NCBI GenBank assembly: GCA_963820855.1
Contig: CAWGBY010000009.1
Coordinates: 400,034-464,033 of the forward strand
DNA: 64,000 bases
Reading direction: 5' to 3'
Source: an uncultured Acidobacteriota bacterium
GTDB taxonomy: Bacteria; Acidobacteriota; Vicinamibacteria; Marinacidobacterales; SMYC01
Positions 11,068 to 21,797 of the stretch are shown one piece after another. A program made the position numbers and the translations under genes. Position 1 is the stretch's first letter, and each line of letters starts with the position of its first letter. The notes beneath the pieces were generated by a model. It did not search any database. It was not told the origin of the DNA and saw only the letters and a list, made by a program, of their open reading frames with translations.

Positions 11068-11988
11068 ATGAAAAGAAAGTCAGCGCTCTTCGCCGCACTC
11101 GCTTTGCTCGGAGCGCTCCTGACCGCGGCGCTCTTCCTTTCCTTCGATGCATCCGGGCTCGGGCGGGAGGTGGAAGAGCGGCTGCGATCGGCGGCCGGCA
11201 TCCGTCTCGAGTACTCGCGCCCTCGGATCGGCTTTCTCCGCGGACTTTCGCTCGAGGACGTGCGCGCCAGCGTCGGCAGCTACGATCTTCGGGTCCCTCG
11301 CGTGGTTCTCGAGCACCGGCCGCTCGCTCTCTTGTGGGGAGGGTTTCAGTTGACGGGGGTAAAGCTCGACGAAGCACGCGTCGGACGGTTCTCAATGGAG
11401 GCGCTCCGCTTGACCCTGGCCCGCCTCGACTACGACTCGCGCGCGGTCACCGCGCTCCACGGCATCGGCACCGAAGGGAGAATCGAGGTGAGACGTGCCG
11501 CGTTCGCGAGCTGGGAGGTCTCGGATCTCTCGGCCAGGATCGCCGCGACGGGCGGGCGCGTTCGATTCGAGCAGATGAAGCTCAGAACCGACCGCGGTGA
11601 CCTCTCGGGAGAGCTCGCTCTCGACTTCAACTCGCTTCCCTTCCGGTATCGGGCTTCCCTTCTCGGATCGTCGTTCGAAATGGAAGGCGTCGGACGGGGA
11701 GCGATCACCCTCGAGACCGCGGGCTTCGGCTCGAAAGCGCGGGACGTGACAGGCAGCGGCGTTTTCGCGCTCGCTCCCGGGCGTTTTTCGGACGCGTCCT
11801 GGGTGCGTGAGATCGATCCTTCGCTCGCCGGAGCGGAGCACGGGCCGATCGAGATTCCTTTCGAGATCCGCGACGAGCGCGTCTACATCGAAGGCGTCGA
11901 GATCGATGCCGCGGGAAGACGCATGGAAATCGAAGGCTCGTTCGGTCTCGATGGATCGCGGGACCTTCGCGTCTCGAAGCCGAGCTAG
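11068..11988 (+). CDS. AsmA-like periplasmic protein
   Basis: N-terminal basic residues plus TM anchor, followed by repeated amphipathic beta strands ending IEGSFGLDG, typical of AsmA-like beta-taco proteins. Confidence 0.6.
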   Translation: MKRKSALFAALALLGALLTAALFLSFDASGLGREVEERLRSAAGIRLEYSRPRIGFLRGLSLEDVRASVGSYDLRVPRVVLEHRPLALLWGGFQLTGVKLDEARVGRFSMEALRLTLARLDYDSRAVTALHGIGTEGRIEVRRAAFASWEVSDLSARIAATGGRVRFEQMKLRTDRGDLSGELALDFNSLPFRYRASLLGSSFEMEGVGRGAITLETAGFGSKARDVTGSGVFALAPGRFSDASWVREIDPSLAGAEHGPIEIPFEIRDERVYIEGVEIDAAGRRMEIEGSFGLDGSRDLRVSKPS

Positions 11989-13330
11989 CCCGTCGCGGGC
12001 CAAGGCACGATCAGGACGACCGCGAAGACCGCCAGAGAAACTCCAATGACCGCGGACACGAAGCGGTCTTGCGGCTCACCCTCGGCCCGGCCTCGCAGCA
12101 GCAGGATTCCCGAAACCGCCAGCAGAAGAAGGATGGGATCGTACGGAACGCGGTAGCGAAGCTCGCCAAAGTACATCGCCGCGGAATACACCATCGTCGC
12201 GACGTGCAGGGCGGCGAGCTCGAGTCCGGGGTTGTATACGCGGACGAGCGACACGAGGCCCAGGAATGAGAGAGGAACCAGAACGAAGGCAATCGCTCGC
12301 GACCCATATCGCAGCAGTGCTGCCCTGCGGCGGGTCGGAGGCCCCACCTCTCCCGACTCGGGCCAGAGCTGATTGCCGACCGCGAGCGTGAGCACGTTCC
12401 GCCGCACGAGGTAGGCGCGGTAGAGACGACCTTTGGTCGCCACGAACGCCCGCCGGGCCGGCTCGAGAACCGTCGCGTCGCACCGCCACCCGGCAAACTC
12501 GAAATCTCCCCGATATCGGGTCCGAGCCGGGGGAAGTAGCCGATCTGCCGATCCCGGCCATCGGGACCCGGCTGTCTCGCGACGATGCGCCGGTAGTCGG
12601 TGTCGGCGAAAAACCTCCCGACCACGCTGTTGGCCGAGATCAACCGCCACTCCCCGGTCAGCAGGCGGTTCCGGATCGAGCTGAAGCTCACTACGAGCAC
12701 CATGGGCAGGAGCAGCGCGGCGAATTTCTTCGACGATAGCCAGAGAAGCCGTTCGCGCCGAACGACCAGCCATACCAGGCTCAGAAGGAAGGTGAGGAGG
12801 ATCTGCGGCCGCACGGTGAATGCGAATGCCGTGACCAGCCCGGCGAGGAAAGGACCTTCGCCGTTTCGCACGAAGCGAGCGGTGAGCCAGAGACTCGCCA
12901 TGAGCAGCGCGGCGAAGGGAATTTCTGAAGAGAAGTAGCCGACGAAGACCAGTTGCGGGTGCCAGAGCGCAACGAGAAGTCCGACCGCGGGAACGACGAG
13001 GGGGGCGCGGAAGGTTTCACGTGCGGTCAGCATCGCGAACGGCGTCACGAGAGCGCCGCAGAACGCCTGCGCGATGGCCATCGCGCCGAATCGGCGCATG
13101 CCGAGGAGCAGCATCTCGAAGGCATAGAAGTAGTGAGCTCCGAATGGCATGCAGGACGGATACGAGTCGTGAAGGTCCGGCTCGCCGGTGAACATCTGGC
13201 GGGCTCGGAAGATGTACCCAGCCATATCCGAGTAGATGGTCTCGGATGGAGCTTGGACCTTGAGGACCCAAAGAAGCCTGACGGCCAGCGCTAGAACGAA
13301 CCCGGCGAGGAGCGAGACGCGGAACGGCAC
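11985..13330 (-). CDS. GT-C (ArnT/PMT-like) membrane glycosyltransferase, apparent indels near 12.5 kb
   Basis: LAVRLLW..YSDMAGY, FSSEIPF, TVRPQ motifs, many TM helices; C-terminus (GELRYRVPYDP) lies in another frame. Confidence 0.7.
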
Positions 13331-14211
13331 TAATCGTCGCCGCGATGCCTCAAGGCCGCGATCTGCTCGGAGAGGAGCCCGAAGAGAAAGAGCACCGCGG
13401 ACGCGAAGAAGAGCAGCACCGAGATATCCGTCACGTCCGTCTCGGTCACGATGGTGTAGGTGGTGTAGCCGACCCCCGCTAGAAAGAATCCGAAGGCCAC
13501 GGGAAGGGTGACCCGCAGCGGGCTGAAGAGCGTCGCGATCCGAAGAATGATCGCGAGAAATCGGAACCCCTCGCGCCAGGGCTTCATCTTGCTCTTCGAG
13601 TCGGAGGAGCGGCGCCGGCCTTCGACCGGAACGAAGACCACGTCATAGCCCGCCTTCACGAAAGCGAGAGTGCTGGTCGCGGGATAGCTGAACCCGTTCG
13701 GGTAGAGGTGGAGAAACTCACGGAATCGCGCCCGGCGCGCGGCGCGGAATCCGGAGGTGAGATCGTCGATACGGAATCTCGCGACCACGGACGCGAATCG
13801 GCTGAGGGCGGCGTTGCCGAGAGCGCGCGAGAAGCCGGCCTGGCTCTTGAAAGAGCGCGCTCCTACCACGAGGTCGTACTCGGCGAGCTTCTCCAGGAGC
13901 TTCGCGATCTCCCCGGGCGGGTGCTGCCCGTCGGCGTCGAGAAGGAGGATGAACTCACCTACCGCGGCGCGGACGGCCGTTTTCACCGCTGCCCCGTTTC
14001 CCTTGTTGTAGGGGTGCCGGATCACGGAAGCTCCGGCGGCCCGGGCGCATTCCGCCGTTCGGTCCTTGGACCCGTCGTCGACGACGACGATCTCCTTCCA
14101 GCTCCCGAGCGCGCGGAGGCTCTCGACGACGGCGCCGATTGACGATTCCTCTTCGAACGCGGGAACGAGAACGCTGACGCGCGAGTGAATGGTCTCTTCT
14201 CTCATCGGCAT
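13330..14211 (-). CDS. GT2 glycosyltransferase (polyprenol-phosphate sugar synthase-like)
   Basis: VLVPAFEEE, VVDDGSKD, NKGNGAAV, LDADGQH, DLTSGFRA, two C-terminal TM helices. Confidence 0.9.
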   Translation of the reverse strand: MPMREETIHSRVSVLVPAFEEESSIGAVVESLRALGSWKEIVVVDDGSKDRTAECARAAGASVIRHPYNKGNGAAVKTAVRAAVGEFILLLDADGQHPPGEIAKLLEKLAEYDLVVGARSFKSQAGFSRALGNAALSRFASVVARFRIDDLTSGFRAARRARFREFLHLYPNGFSYPATSTLAFVKAGYDVVFVPVEGRRRSSDSKSKMKPWREGFRFLAIILRIATLFSPLRVTLPVAFGFFLAGVGYTTYTIVTETDVTDISVLLFFASAVLFLFGLLSEQIAALRHRGDD

Positions 14212-15173
14212 CAGCGAGGCCGCTCCCGTTCCGCCTCCGCGAAGCGCTCCTCGAGGAGGCGCTGGCGATAGAGCACTTCTTCGAGAAGACGTCTCACCGA
14301 AGCGAGGATGTCGGCCACGAGACCGAACACGAGGGACCCGAACGCGAGGATCAGCAGGAGAATCGCGAGGAGCACCGACTGCACGTGCCCCCCTTCGCCC
14401 TTGTAGTGAAAGTAGAGATACCGGACGGAGAGATAGAAGCCGGGGAGAAAGAACGCGAGCGCGAGATAGCTGAAGATCTTGAGCGGCTCGTACATCGCGT
14501 AGATGCGCACGATGGTCGCCGCGGATCGCTTCACGTAGTCCCAGTTGCTGCGGATGAGCCGGCTCGGACGCGTTTCTCTCGCTTCGATCGGGACCTGGGC
14601 GACCGCGAGCCGCTTCTTGCCGGCCTGGATGATGGTCTCGAGGGTGTAGGTATAGTCCGAGACGAGGTTCATCCGAAGAGCCGCCTCCCGCGAGAACGCC
14701 CGGAATCCACTGGTGGTGTCGGGGACGTTGGTGCCCGAAACCTGGCGAACCACCCAGCTCCCGAGCGACTGCAGCCTTTTCTTGGTGAAGGAGAAGTGAT
14801 TCACCTCTTTCACCCTCCGGTCGCCGATGACCATGTCCGCCTCGCCCCTCAGGATCGGGCCGACGAGCGTCGGAACATCGCTCCCCGCGTACTGGTTGTC
14901 GCCGTCGGTGTTCACGATGACATCCGCCCCGAGCGCGAGCGCGGTCTCGAGGCCGGCCTTGAACGTGGCCGCGAGGCCGCGGCTGCGGGCGAAGCGCCGC
15001 ACGTGCTCGACCCCGTGCCGCCGAGCGACGTCCGCGGTCCCATCCGTGGATCCATCGTCGATGACCAGCACCTCCACCGCGTCGAAGCCGTCGATGTTCC
15101 TCGGGATCTCCGCGAGGGTCGCGGGGAGGGTATCGGCCTCGTTGAGGCAGGGAATCTGGACAATGAGCTTCAT
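14211..15173 (-). CDS. GT2 glycosyltransferase (polyprenol-phosphate sugar synthase-like)
   Basis: IPCLNEA, IDDGSTD, TDGDNQY, PDTTSGFRA, two C-terminal TM helices. Confidence 0.9.
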   Translation of the reverse strand: MKLIVQIPCLNEADTLPATLAEIPRNIDGFDAVEVLVIDDGSTDGTADVARRHGVEHVRRFARSRGLAATFKAGLETALALGADVIVNTDGDNQYAGSDVPTLVGPILRGEADMVIGDRRVKEVNHFSFTKKRLQSLGSWVVRQVSGTNVPDTTSGFRAFSREAALRMNLVSDYTYTLETIIQAGKKRLAVAQVPIEARETRPSRLIRSNWDYVKRSAATIVRIYAMYEPLKIFSYLALAFFLPGFYLSVRYLYFHYKGEGGHVQSVLLAILLLILAFGSLVFGLVADILASVRRLLEEVLYRQRLLEERFAEAERERPR

Positions 15174-15183
15174 GGCAGCTTCA

Positions 15184-16218
15184 TCACACGTTGAACCGGA
15201 AGTAGACCACGTCCGCTTCGACGATCGGATAGTCCTTGCCTTCGAGCCTCAGGAGCCCTTTGTCGCGGCAAGCGTTCCAGGAGCCTTCCCGCACCAGGAT
15301 GTCGTAGGAGACCACTTCGGCGCGGATGAACCCTCGTTCGATGTCGCTGTGGATGGTGCCCGCGGCTTTCACCGCGCGCGTCTTGCGGGGAACGATCCAG
15401 GCGCGCGATTCGGTGTCTCCCGCGGTGTAGAAGGTGATGACCCCCATGAGATCGAAGGCGGCGCGAACGACGCGCTCGACCGCCCCTTCCGAAAGCCCCA
15501 TCTCTTCCCGGAAGGCGAGAGCTTCTTCCGGCGGGAGCTCCGCGATCTCCGACTCGATGCGGGCGGAGACGTAGGCGACGGCGAATCCGGGCTTCTCCCC
15601 GAGATCGAGCGGCCCGAGGTCGCTCTCCCCCGCGTTCACCACCACCAGCATCGGCTTCGCGGTCAGGAGCGCGTAGCCTCGAAGAGCCTCCCGCTCTTCG
15701 AGAGAGAGCGCCTCGCGGAGCGGCCGGCCCTCGGACAGCGCTTCTTTCGCGCGGATCAGGATCGGGAGATCCTGAAGCTCGCCTTTCCGTCCCTTCTTCG
15801 CATCCGCCTCCAGCCTCTCGATCCGGTTCTCGACCACGCCGAGATCGGCGAGGGTCAGCTCGAGCTCCATCATCTCGATGTCGCGCCGCGCGTCGACGGA
15901 GCCCTCCGGGTGAGGCACGGCAGGATCTTCGAACGCCCGCACCACGTGGACCAGAACGTCGACGGCGCGGAGACTCGAAACGTCGAGCTTCTCCTTCGAG
16001 CGCCCCTTCACGAGGCCGGGAATGAGCACGAACGAAACCGTCGCGGGCGTGGTCTTGCGGGATTCATGCAATCGAGAAAGCGTCGAAAGCTTCGGATCGG
16101 GAACCTTCAGGACGCCGATCTGCTCGGTGCGGCTCGTCGAAGCGCCCGCCACCTGAGTCAGGAGCGCGAAGAGCGTGCGCTTTCCTACGCCTTCGAAACC
16201 GACGATACCGGCCTTCAT
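15184..16218 (-). CDS. ychF: YchF/OLA1 family P-loop protein with atypical nucleotide motifs
   Basis: VPDP, VHVVRAF, LLTAKP, ESRAW..AAGTIHSDIERGFIRAEV, LRLEGKDY..DVVYFRFNV; ATG at 16218. Confidence 0.88.
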   Translation of the reverse strand: MKAGIVGFEGVGKRTLFALLTQVAGASTSRTEQIGVLKVPDPKLSTLSRLHESRKTTPATVSFVLIPGLVKGRSKEKLDVSSLRAVDVLVHVVRAFEDPAVPHPEGSVDARRDIEMMELELTLADLGVVENRIERLEADAKKGRKGELQDLPILIRAKEALSEGRPLREALSLEEREALRGYALLTAKPMLVVVNAGESDLGPLDLGEKPGFAVAYVSARIESEIAELPPEEALAFREEMGLSEGAVERVVRAAFDLMGVITFYTAGDTESRAWIVPRKTRAVKAAGTIHSDIERGFIRAEVVSYDILVREGSWNACRDKGLLRLEGKDYPIVEADVVYFRFNV

Positions 16219-16359
16219 GGGAAACCGCCGAATCTTACTACAGCGCTTCACGCCACGACGGCCGATGGCTGACGCCTGGCGCCTGACGGCGATCTCTCTA
16301 TGTGGGTCATTGCCCACGGATCGATCGCACTGTTTCGCAACCGTCGATTCCCGCTAATT

Positions 16360-16442
16360 GTGGCTTGACAAGGAGATAGTGGCCATCTTAGGATCCCGGT
16401 GGAATTAAGTGGAATAAAGTGGTCTGAAACAGCCACTAGTGG
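16360..16442 (+). promoter_or_regulatory. dcw promoter with MraZ-binding GTGG repeats
   Basis: TTGACA 16365-16370, TAGGAT 16389-16394; GTGG at 16379, 16399, 16409, 16419, 16439 (10-bp phasing typical of MraZ operators). Confidence 0.8.
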
Positions 16443-16478
16443 TCTCGGTGTGAAAACCGAGGTTCTGGGGAGGTCCAG

Positions 16479-16919
16479 TTGCTCCGCGGCAATCATCCCG
16501 CGCGGGTAGACGAGAAGGGTCGACTGAAGATCCCTGCCGGGTTCTTCGAGCTCATCGAGACCAACTACGGCTCGGATGTTTTCGTCACCAGCGTGAGCGG
16601 CGACAACGTCCGCATTTACCCGATGAATGTGTGGGCGGAGGTCGAAAGAAAACTCGGCTCGATGCCGGACTCGCATCCGGCCAAGGTGAAGTTCCTGAAT
16701 CGAGTCCATTTTTTCGGGCAGGCGGCGCTCCTCGATCGACAAGGCCGGCTGGTCATTCCGGCGCTCCTTCGAGAGTCGGCGCAGATGAAGGGTAACGTCG
16801 CGGTCCTCGGGAAGTTCAACTTTCTCGAAGTGTGGAACCAGGAGTACTTCCTCGAAAAGCTCAATCGCGAGCCGATGACCGACGACGACCAGCGCGCGCT
16901 CTCGGACTTCGGGATCTGA
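16479..16919 (+). CDS. mraZ: Division/cell wall cluster transcriptional repressor MraZ
   Basis: VDEKGRLKIP and LDRQGRLVIP repeats, LEVWN. Confidence 0.96.
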   Translation: MLRGNHPARVDEKGRLKIPAGFFELIETNYGSDVFVTSVSGDNVRIYPMNVWAEVERKLGSMPDSHPAKVKFLNRVHFFGQAALLDRQGRLVIPALLRESAQMKGNVAVLGKFNFLEVWNQEYFLEKLNREPMTDDDQRALSDFGI

Positions 16920-16927
16920 GTCGAGGA

Positions 16928-17842
16928 GTGCAGGACGGAAAAGCTGATGGCGATCGAACGGAGCGAGCGAAAGCGCACGAGCCGGTGCTCCTCACCGAGG
17001 TCATCCAGCACGTCGGCGCGAAGCCGGGCGGCGTCTACGTGGACGCGACCCTCGGAGGAGGCGGCTACACGGAAGCGCTTCTCCGCGCGAGCCATCCTCT
17101 CGGACGGGTGGTCGCTTTCGATCGCGATCGAGGCGCGGTCGAAGCCGCGAGGGAGCGGCTCCGCGATCATGCCGAGCGGCTCTCACTGGTCTGGGCGTCG
17201 TTCGCGGATCTGGACGGGCATCTCGAGGGTCTCGTCGATGGAATCGTCGCCGACCTCGGTCTTTCGAGCCTGCAGCTCGACGCCGCCGAGCGAGGATTCG
17301 GCTTTTCCGCGGAGGGTCCGCTCGACATGAGATTCGACCGGTCCCAGGAGCTCACGGCGGCCCACATCGTGAACGAGACGGACGAACGCGAGCTCGAGCG
17401 GATCCTGCGGGACTACGGCGACGAGCGCCGCGCCCGCGCCATCGCGCGAAGGATCGTCGCGCGTCGTCCGCTCGGAACCACGACCGACCTGAGGCGCGCG
17501 GTGGTATCCGTCCTCGGTCCCTGGAAGGGTGGAATCGACCCGGCTACCCGGACGTTTCAGGCCCTGCGCATCGCGGTGAACCACGAGCTCGAAGCTCTCG
17601 AGAGCTTTCTCGACAAGGCCCCCCGCGCTCTTCGCGTCGAAGGGCGCCTGGTCGTGGTTTCGTATCACTCCCTCGAGGATCGCGCGGTGAAGCTCGCGTT
17701 CCGCGGCCTGGGAAAGAGCTCCGAAGAGGAGCGCCAGTTCCGCGTCCTCACCAAGAAGCCTCTCACCGCGACTCCCGCCGAGGTGGCCCGGAATCGGCGG
17801 TCCCGAAGCGCGAAGCTGCGCGCGCTGGAGCGGGTCGCATGA
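16928..17842 (+). CDS. rsmH: 16S rRNA m4C1402 methyltransferase
   Basis: HEPVLL, VDATLGGGG, DLGLSSLQLD, GPLDMR, PATRTFQALRIAVN, SYHSLEDR, SRSAKLR; start approximate. Confidence 0.96.
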   Translation: MQDGKADGDRTERAKAHEPVLLTEVIQHVGAKPGGVYVDATLGGGGYTEALLRASHPLGRVVAFDRDRGAVEAARERLRDHAERLSLVWASFADLDGHLEGLVDGIVADLGLSSLQLDAAERGFGFSAEGPLDMRFDRSQELTAAHIVNETDERELERILRDYGDERRARAIARRIVARRPLGTTTDLRRAVVSVLGPWKGGIDPATRTFQALRIAVNHELEALESFLDKAPRALRVEGRLVVVSYHSLEDRAVKLAFRGLGKSSEEERQFRVLTKKPLTATPAEVARNRRSRSAKLRALERVA

Positions 17843-18201
17843 AAGGCCAGAGCTTCACGCTGACCAAAGCCGTGAGGAACGAGCAGCTGGTGCGGGAGCT
17901 CGACCGGAAGCGGCACCGGGAGCTCTTCCGAGTGGCGTTCTTCGGAGTCATCCTGACGATCGCGGTCATCGTGTACGCGTGGCCTCACCTGGAGCTGATT
18001 CAGATCGGCTACCGGATGGAGGAACTGCGCCAGAGGCGCGACGAGCTGGTCGAAGTGAAGCATCATCTCGAGCTCCAGCGTGCCACCGAGTCCGATCCCG
18101 CGCGCATCGAGAGCATCGCCCGGGGCGAGCTCGGAATGATCTATCCCGGTCCCGAGGAGTTTCTCGTGGTCGAGCCCAGCGGCTCGGGAGAGGCGCCGTG
18201 A
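17839..18201 (+). CDS. ftsL: Cell division protein FtsL
   Basis: Single TM helix, coiled coil, P.RIE.IAR.ELGM motif; position between rsmH and ftsI. Confidence 0.88.
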   Translation: MKGQSFTLTKAVRNEQLVRELDRKRHRELFRVAFFGVILTIAVIVYAWPHLELIQIGYRMEELRQRRDELVEVKHHLELQRATESDPARIESIARGELGMIYPGPEEFLVVEPSGSGEAP

Positions 18202-20282
18202 AGACGGGAGAAGAAGCTCGGCCCCTGACCCGGGTGCGCGTCCGTCTTCTGCTCCTCGCGCTATTGACGTCGCTCGCCGTCGCCGCCATTGCCTTGAGGC
18301 TCTCTTTCCTCACCATCGTCGCGAAGGAAGAGTACGAATCGCGCGGCCTGGTCCAGTACCAGCGTCGTTTGAAGCTCGACGCGCGCCGCGGCACGATTCA
18401 CGATCGAAACGGGGGCGCGCTCGCGGAAAGCGTCGAGGTCGATTCGCTCTACGCGGTTCCGAGCGCGTTCACGCCGGAACGAGCGCAGGATGCGGCCGGT
18501 CCCATCGCGCGCTGTCTCGGACAGCCGCGGAGGAAAGTCCTCGGCCAGCTCCTGGGAGAGAGGGACTTCGCCTGGCTCGAGAGAAAGGCGGGCTCTGAAG
18601 CGCGCCGCTGCGTCGAGGCGCTGAACGTCTCCGGGGTCCACTCCGTCGAGGAGAGCCGCCGGTTCTATCCCAAGCGCCGGCTCGCCGCCCAGGTTCTGGG
18701 CTACGTGGGCACCGACAACGAAGGCATGGGCGGGGTGGAGTACGCGCTCGAAACGCGCATCAAGGGCGAGCCGGGGAGCCGCGTCATCTGGAGCGACGCT
18801 TTGAAGCGGCGCGCGGGCACCCGCGTCGAGAAGCGCCCCATCCCCGGCGAGTCCGTCTACCTGACTCTCGACGAGAACCTCCAGTACATCGCCGAGAGCG
18901 AGCTCTCGCAAGCGGTGCGCGAGAGCCGCTCGCACAGCGGGATCGCGATCGTGATGCGTCCCTCGACGGGCGAGCTCCTCGCGATGGCGTCGTTTCCAAG
19001 CTTCAACCCGAACCGGTTCGGCGACGCTTCCGAGATCCACCGGCGCAACCGCTCCGTGACGGACGTCTACGAGCCGGGGTCCACCTTCAAGATCGTCGCG
19101 GCGGCGGCGGCCCTCGAGGAGGGCGTCGTCACCGAGGACGAGCGCATCGATTGCGGGCAGGGCGGCATCCGCATCGCGGATCGCTTCATCCGCGACCACC
19201 GACCCTTCGACGTCCTGACGTTCCGCGAGGTGGTGGTGAACTCGAGTAACGTCGGAATGATCCGCATCGGCCAGCGGCTCGGTCGGAGCCGGCTCGAGTC
19301 CTATGTGAAGGCGTTCGGCTTCGGCGAGCCCACCGGCGTCGAGCTCACCGCGGAGAGCCGGGGAATCCTGCGGCCCTCGGAGCGCTGGGGTCCGGTGACG
19401 AGCGCCACCATCACCTTCGGCCAGGAGGTGAGCGTGACGCCGCTCCAGATGGTCGCGGCGGCGAACGTCTTCGCCACCTCGGGATACCTCATGCGACCGA
19501 GGCTCGTTCTCGGCTTCGGTGGGATCGGACGGTGCCCTCGTGCCCTCTCTTTCGCCCGAACCGGTGCGGAGGGTCGTGAGTGAAGCGACCGCCCGGCGCA
19601 TGTCGGACATTCTCACCGCGGTCGTGGAAAAGGGCACGGGGAAGGCCGCCGCTCTTCGCGGGTATCGAGTCGCGGGGAAGACCGGCACCGCCCAGAAGGC
19701 CGTTCCCGGCGGCTACTCGAAAACCGACTTCATCGCTTCTTTCGTAGGCTTCGCCCCCGCGCTCCGGCCGGAGCTGACCGCCCTCGTCATCCTGGATTCC
19801 CCGGAAGGCGATCACTCGGGGTCGCGGGCCGCCGCGGTATTCGCGCGGATCGTGGAGCGCTCGCTGGTGCACCTGGGCGTGCCGCGCGACGAGGAAGAGG
19901 TCGTCCGCGTCGCCAAAGTTTGGCCACAAACGGCACCTATTCTTTCCATAGAGGCCTCCGCGTCGAGCGCGGTCCGACCGGCGGCCTTCGCGACCCCCGA
20001 AGGTCCGGGCGCGCCCGACGTGGTCGGTCTTTCCGCGAGGGACGCGCTCGCGCGTTTCGTCGCCTCCGGACTGATGCCGGACCTCGCGGGAACGGGGTTC
20101 GTCGTCGAGCAGAGTCCCGCCGGCGGGAGAGTGGCTCGGGGAGGGCATCGAGGCCCGTCTGGTTCTTGGACCGAAACCTCTCGACCGCCGCGCCGGCTCC
20201 GCCTCCGCGCGCGGCGCCGGGAGAGATCCGGGTGGCGGGAGCCTCCCGTCCGGTGAATCGCGAGGTGAGCGAAGAATTCTGA
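18198..20282 (+). CDS. ftsI: Penicillin-binding protein 3 with PASTA domain (apparent indels near 19515 and 20140-20170)
   Basis: RRGTIHDRNG, YEPGSTFK (SxxK), SSNVG (SxN), AGKTGTAQK (KTG), PDVVGLS PASTA; probable end is the TGA overlapping the murE ATG. Confidence 0.92.
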
Positions 20283-21797
20283 TGAAAGCGACGACCGAGA
20301 TCGAGGGAGGAAAAAAACTGAACGTCGGTGGAAGCGGAGTGAGGCTCCAAGAGCTCCTCGCGCTCGTTCCGCTTCAGACCGTCCGCGGGCCACGCGACGC
20401 GGAGGTTCACGGAGTCGCGGTGGACTCCCGCGAAGTGCGCCCGGGCTTCGTCTTCGTCGCCCTCGAGGGCGAGAAGACCGACGGGCATCGCTTCCTCGCG
20501 GAGGCTCTCGCGCGAGGCGCTATCGGTCGTGGTGAGCGAGAAGCCGCCCGATCCGAAACTTTCCGCGGGCGCCACGTGGGTGCAGACGCCGGACGCGCGA
20601 AAGGCGGCGGGAGTCATGGCCGCCAAGGCTCTCGGCGAGCCGGCGAAGAAAATGGACCTCGTCGGCGTCACCGGCACGAACGGCAAGACCACCACCACCT
20701 ATCTCCTCGACGGACTCTTGACTCGCCTCGCACCGCCTTCGGCGATGCTCGGGACCGTGGTCTCGAAGATCGGGGACGAGAGCGAGCCCACGCGCCACAC
20801 CACTCCCGAGGCTCCGACGCTCCAGGCGTTCCTCGCCGAGGCGGCCGCCTTTGGCTGCCGCTACGGAGCTCTCGAGGTTTCGTCGCACGGTCTCGCGCTC
20901 TCCCGTCTCGAAGGCTCGGAGTTCCAGGTCGCGGTCTTCACCAACCTCTCCCGCGACCATCTGGACTTTCACGTCGACATGGAGAGCTATTTCGAGGCCA
21001 AACGGCTTCTTTTCACCCGCTACTTGAGGCCACACGGGCGCGCGGTCATCGCCATCGACGACGTCTACGGAGAACGGCTCGCCTCGAGCGTCGGCGCCGG
21101 CATCACGACTTTCGGCTTTTCTCCCACCGCGGACCTGTCCATCCGATCGGTCGAGACTTCGCTCGACGGGACGCGGCTCTCGTTTCGAGAGGGACAAGTC
21201 GAGCGCGAGATCCGAAGCCGTCTCGTTGGCCGTTACAACGCGATGAACCTCCTCGCGGCCTATGCGGCGATGCTCGCGCTCGGCTTCGAAGCCGGCGAGC
21301 TCTTGAGCGTGCTTCCGGACGTCGCGGGAGCGCCCGGACGCTTCGAGCGGGTTCCCGTCGGCCGGCCCTTCGACGTCGTCGTCGACTACGCCCATACCGA
21401 CGACGCGCTCCGAAAGCTCCTCGAGGCGGCGCGGCCGCTCACCCGCGGGAAGCTCTGGGTGGTCTTCGGCTGCGGCGGGGAGCGCGACCGGTCGAAGCGG
21501 CCGTTGATGGGAATGGTGGCGGCGCGGCTCGCGGACCGGGTGGTCTTGACCTCGGACAATCCGCGGGGAGAAGAGCCCGAGGCCATCGTGCGCGAGATCC
21601 AACTCGGCACGAAGGAGCATTCGGGAATCGACGTGGAGGTCGACCGGCGCAAGGCGATCGCTTTCGCGCTCGGGCAGGCCGGGACGGGAGACCTGGTGGT
21701 GATCGCCGGCAAGGGGCACGAGCCGTATCAAATCATCGGCGACCGCGTGCTGGACTTCGACGATCGAAAGGTCGTGAAGGAGATTCTGGGATCTTGA
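20282..21797 (+). CDS. murE: UDP-MurNAc-tripeptide synthetase (indel near 20525)
   Basis: DSREV..DGH, GVTGTNGKTT, EVSSH, DHLDFH, DYAHT, FGCGG, DNPR (meso-DAP type), AGKGHE. Confidence 0.95.
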
